DNA of 63,570 nucleotides, filler included, from Thraustochytrium aureum (taxonomy: Eukaryota), in assembly GCA_012862495.1 (NCBI GenBank). It is 6 parts of 3 records of this genome, joined end to end, with 100 filler letters (N's around TTAATTAATTAA, not from the genome) between each part and the next. Parts side by side here need not be neighbours in the genome. Positions count along the whole stretch, not along the records: positions 55,685 to 60,068 come from BLSG01000098.1; positions 60,169 to 63,570 come from BLSG01000099.1; 4 more parts are not named here. The stretch is one strand, 5' to 3'. The notes under the pieces are model-generated. The model worked only from the letters and a program-made list of their open reading frames with translations, did not search any database and was not told where the DNA came from. Shown here piece after piece: positions 59,371 through 63,570 of this stretch. Every line of letters begins with the position of its first letter. Position 1 is the first letter of the stretch. The position numbers and the translations under genes are program-made.

Positions 59371-60068
59371 ATGGGGCGCAAGTCGAGCGTCGCCGCGAGC
59401 GAGGGGCGCCGCGACAGCGACCAGCCGATCTCACACGCCGGCGTCAACTATGGCCACCCCCGACAAGAAACTGTACGTGGCCGCGCGCAAAGAGGTGCTC
59501 AAAGTGCTCGAGGGCAACCCCAAGCTGCAAAAGGTGCCCAAGACCAGCCGCAAGTACCACTACCTGCACGGCAACGTGTACGACCTGCGCGACTTTGCCA
59601 AGATCCACCCGGGCGGAAACAACATCATCGAGATGACCGCCGGCATGGTGGACGCCACCCCGATCTTGAGTCCTACCACGCCTTCGCTGACCGCGACGGG
59701 ATCGTGGCCAAGCTGCAAAAGTACCGCGTCGCCGACGAAGACGTCAAGGGCGAGATCCCCGCCGCGCTCTACACGTTCAAGGAGGGCGACTTTTACGACA
59801 CGGTCACCAAGCGCGTGCGCAAGTACTTTGGGGCCACAAGCGACAAGCTCGACGAGTCGGTCGCGCGCAACATCAAGGCCAACGGCGAGTGGCTCGCCAT
59901 CGTGTCCGCCCAGATCTTCCTCAACGTGCTCTTCTACGGGCTGGCCTTCTTCGCCCGGATCCCCATGCCGTTGGCCATGATCTCCGCGTTCCTGGCGGGC
60001 ATGTTTCAGATCCAGTGGGGCTTCACCGCAATGCACGACGCGTCGCACTTTGGCCTCGGCGTGCGCGG
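59371..60068 (+). CDS. Front-end fatty acid desaturase with an N-terminal cytochrome b5 domain; 3'-truncated, frameshifts near 59405 and 59665
   Basis: LHGNVYDLRDFAKIHPGG heme motif, DATP..ESYH, DFYDTV.KRV..YF and first His box MHDASH. Confidence 0.9.
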
Positions 60069-60168
60069 NNNNNNNNNNNNNNNNNNNNNNNNNNNNNNNN
60101 NNNNNNNNNNNNTTAATTAATTAANNNNNNNNNNNNNNNNNNNNNNNNNNNNNNNNNNNNNNNNNNNN
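60069..60168. other. Artificial scaffold linker
   Basis: N44-TTAATTAATTAA-N44. Confidence 0.97.
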
Positions 60169-60919
60169 CGTTGACTGATGAAACGCCGTGCTGCTGAGAA
60201 CTTCGGTGAGTACTCTACTCTACTCTACGGTACCTACATCTACCTACTAGGTATTAGAGTACTCTACCGGTACTCGAGTACTCACCATACCCTGCCAAAG
60301 ACGTTTGGCACGACCTCGGTTTCACGACAAACTGGTCCGCCACGAGCATAAATGGATGTAATGCACAACTGAAGCCTAGACGTGGTGGTCTGCAAGAAAA
60401 GCAAGTGGTCTCCTGGTCATCTGGTTACGCGGTTGCGGTTTGTCAGTTGCCTTGCACCACCGTCCCGACTATCGTGTGCAGGCAAGCGGCAGCCAACGGA
60501 CAGGAATCGCAAAAGAAAGAGCTGTTGGCCAAGTGCGATTGAGTATACTCAATTGAAAAAGTAGAAAGGGAAGTGGGGACTCTGTTGTGCATGTCATGAT
60601 GTGAATAATTCACCGCGCGAACTCCGCGGCCGCCACCACAGCCTACTCTATATATACGACGGCCGTGGTCGGCACTCCGCGGCGCAACGCCGCGGCAGCT
60701 GCGCAAATCTCAATGTATTTTTAAGAACTTAGTTCACCGCCAACGAATCGCAAAACCCGAACAGACTTGCCGAAACACCACGCAGCAAGCCAGAAACAGT
60801 GCGACTGATCGGGCAATAGGCAGAGCTAGAGCTTATTCGCATCAGCAGCACCGTCAAACGTTTGCAGGTTCAGCAAGCAAGCATCGATCGGCGCGCATCG
60901 CGGAGTAGCAGAGTTCAGA

Positions 60920-63570
60920 ATGTCGGCCGAGGAACTCGACGACGAAGAGTCGGATACCCTGGCGCCACTGCCAGTGGCTGTCTTAAAGTGGCCGATGCTT
61001 AATGCGGGCACAGATTCAGGAAACCCCGCAGTTGCGCGCGGGCTACGCGATTCGCTCGCCCCAGCGGTGTCGAGGCATCCTGATGTGTCAGTTTCAGGTC
61101 AGGAAAGCAGAAGCTGGGTTAGTGGGAGAGCGCCCAACCTAAATCGCTTGGGCTTGAACAACCATGTAGTTAAAGTCGTTTGTCCAAGCACCGGCGAAAC
61201 GCTAGCGGAGGGAAAGATCCACGATTCGAAGATCAAGGCGACATACTTTGCCGACAAGAGGATCAGCGCAAGCCACGGACAGTCTTTGTCAGCCAAGGAG
61301 TTTGCTAGCAAGGCTGGAATCCGCAGCAAAGACTACTGGTCGGCAATCTTCGCTGTCAATGCCGACAAAACTCAGACCAGTCTCGCTGATCATAGGGCTT
61401 GTGGTGCAAAGGGCAGTGTGAATGCCGTTGTTGACCAACTCAAGGGGGCAGGTGTCACATCGGTCGATCAACTTGCAAAACTGATAGACAACATCGGAGC
61501 TTCGCTCCTTGTGCACACTGCTCAGGTTCAGTCTGTGACTGTTCGGCCAAAGTTTGCCTATCGAGTACTGCGACTCGACGAAGACGCGTCGGAGCCGATC
61601 GAGCCAAAGGTTCCGCAATGCGCGCCAACAAGCGTCAAGGACTACTTGTCGGCGCTCAACCATCACGTTTACACTGGCTCGCGGAGCAACAGCTCGTTCA
61701 TTTCGGCCAACGCATCCATGCGGTCCGCGCTCTGGTGGTCCAAGTATGGGCTGCAACCGCTGTGCGAAATCGACATCCCCAAGTGCGTTAAGGCAAAAGT
61801 CAAGGTTTTGGAGGTTGGCGGTGCGATGGAAGAGTTTCTGCTTCCCGGCCCGCGACGCGCGTTTGCGAAAGTGTCGCATGAGGTGATTTTTGACGGCACG
61901 CTGCCCTGCGAGGTTTTCAGCAAGGTCGAGTTCGAGTGGACGACAACCCGCAGATTCACCCACTTCCCACTCAAGGATTCATTTCCTGCCAAGCTCAACC
62001 TTGGTGATTTGCATGTCGAGAAGATTTTCGAAAACGGGAGCAACCGGCCGTTTTTGGTGACAAACACATCGTGCCAGGGGCGCAAGTTCGTGCTTAAGAT
62101 GGGCGGTCGGGATGACAACATGCAAGCATCACACATTTCGTCGGAGTTTTTCGCAGGTTTAGTGTACCGCTACGCAGACGTGCAGGTCCCACGCATGGCA
62201 CTTTACGAGGTGCAAATAACGTCGTCGCTTCAGGCAACCCTCCCGCCGTCCTGGGTCCTCTTGGCAGAATACATCGAGAGCCCAGAGAAAGCTCCTGTTG
62301 ACCTGAACACCAGAGCCAAGCAGCGTGAGCATCTGATCCCCGGCATGGTTGTGGATTTGCTGCTCGGCAACTTTGACATATGTGGTCCGAACTTTGAAAA
62401 CATCGTCTGGGGCCGTGCACCTGATGACGAAGCGTCATGCCAGTCCGGGTGGACTTGGGTAACGCCTTTCACTTCCAGCCGCAAGGAGGACCAAAGAGGC
62501 GAGGCTACCTCGGTTGCGACGAGAGCGTCTGGAAGGATATTGAAGCCTTCAAGGGAACACGATCGCAGCTTAAGCCCACGGACGCAAAAATCGATGCCAA
62601 CGACGCGAGGTCCATGGTGTTCTACGATCATTTGACAGAAGCAAATGTACGCAAGCAGGCCGAAGCACTGGTTTCCAGGCAGCTTGTCCAGCGCCTTCGA
62701 AACTGGTGCGCAGAGAACAAGAAGCGCCAGCCTCTCTGGGATGACCTCGTGGACATTTTGGAGAAGCGCCTGAACATTTTGGCTGGGCGGTCGCATGACG
62801 GCTCACACTACATGAAGCAGGGCTTCACTTGGGCCAACATTCGGGACTTAGCCAGCAGTCACACACTGGAAAGCACTTCAACTGTCGGGTTTGCGGAGTC
62901 CTCAGCGCCAGAGTCGTCGCAGAACCCAGAGCTCCACAGCATCACAGTGGAGTCAAAACGTCGCAATGTGAAGATGGATGCCTTCAAGCGAGGGAAGGAG
63001 GAGGAGGGCTGGCAAGTAGTTGATGTCACAAGTACTTCTGACAACTACTCGGCACTATCGCCGATGTTTCCTGTCCGAGAAGCCCTACCGGTGCCGTTTC
63101 TAGATGACGAGCGGAGCGCAACCGTCGAGGGCATTTGGCAGGGTCTGAAAATCTTTGAGGCGAGCGACGAGGGCACCGCTGCGAAGACGAAAAGGAAGCC
63201 GCAACAGTTGGGCATCGACAAAACTAAGTTCAGCATACGGAACAAACGCGGCATAAAGCGCACAGTAAGCGCCTTCGGGAAAGTAAAGGGTCACTACGCG
63301 GGGACGGACGAGAAGGGCAATATGAAGCCGCTCCTGAAGCTCGGCGAAGCGCGGCGCCAAATCTACCTTCCGGCATACAAGGCGCACTTGGATCAAAACA
63401 AGGAGCTCGTTTCATCGCTCCGCGCCCTGGTCGCCAGAGGCCCCCTAGTGCTTCTCGACTACTACGTGAACGACGACCTGGAAGTTGACAAACCCTTGTC
63501 CCATGCGCAGCTTTTGCGAAGCTTCATCATCAAGGGCGACTTTTCCGAGATTAAGAGCCTCGCAAGTCCT
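60920..63570 (+). CDS. Multidomain protein: SAND/RAMA-like + ADP-ribosyltransferase-like + HipA/PI4K-like kinase + DUF6939 (NADAR-like); one frameshift near 62432, runs off the window
   Basis: ORF 60920 carries EFASKAGIRSKDYW, AYRVLR..SSFISAN..HEVIF and GSNRP..FVLK..SEFFA..VP..DLLLGNFD..ENI. A second frame, open without a stop from about 62434 to the window end, reads PVRVDLGNAFHFQPQGGPK...LEKRL...ITVESKRR..VDVTS..LSPMFP..PVPF..TVEGIWQGLKIFE..KRTV..GH..EARRQIYLPAY..LVLLDY..KPLSHA. Confidence 0.8.

Noticed and set aside
13390..60168. Recurrent TTAATTAATTAA motif as a biological element (PacI-like or piggyBac TTAA sites)
   Set aside because: It is always centred in exactly 100 bp with N44 on each side, so it is an assembly linker. 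Gene neighbourhoods across these points mean nothing.
25..63415. Hundreds of overlapping antisense or alternative-frame ORFs, including poly-Cys and poly-Ala ones and ORFs spanning N runs
   Set aside because: These are expected shadows of GC-rich coding DNA, of CAG repeats and of gap translation.
1800..63570. Pervasive frameshifts as programmed frameshifting, RNA editing or mass pseudogenisation
   Set aside because: They fall in homopolymer runs, share no slippery or stop motif, and hit conserved genes that have no in-frame stops. The 16068/16270 duplicate shows the error directly.

Overview
This is eukaryotic, GC-rich, gene-dense and nearly intron-free nuclear DNA from a flagellated protist. 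A stramenopile, probably thraustochytrid/labyrinthulid-like, is my inference from gene content and style. The window is not one locus: five artificial 100-bp linkers (N44-TTAATTAATTAA-N44) join six unrelated scaffolds (1-13389, 13490-23711, 23812-41258, 41359-55584, 55685-60068, 60169-63570). Most long genes are broken by single-base homopolymer indels, so the ORF track splits them. Recognisable genes are a ZC2HC zinc-finger protein, an SLC12 cotransporter, a TmcB-like PAS membrane protein, WASHC4, TRM10, two SDRs, a FLVCR-like MFS transporter, a GH31 alpha-xylosidase-like enzyme, an XRCC4-like protein, PI-PLC, YciI, WDR59, CC2D2A, a NO VEIN/DUF3883 protein, a REC114-like protein and a cytochrome-b5 front-end desaturase. 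Three candidates for novelty stand out. (1) A >880-aa protein on the last scaffold, partly invisible in the ORF track, joins a SAND/RAMA-like module, an R-S-E-type ADP-ribosyltransferase-like domain, a HipA/PI4K-like kinase and a DUF6939 (NADAR-like) domain: a possible ADP-ribose writer plus eraser of prokaryotic conflict-system origin in one eukaryotic polypeptide. (2) A probable TRM10-SDR fusion echoes the human TRMT10C-SDR5C1 complex. (3) A compact NO VEIN nuclease gene has a 44-bp dyad-repeat array directly upstream. All family assignments come from motif recognition by eye; no searches were run.
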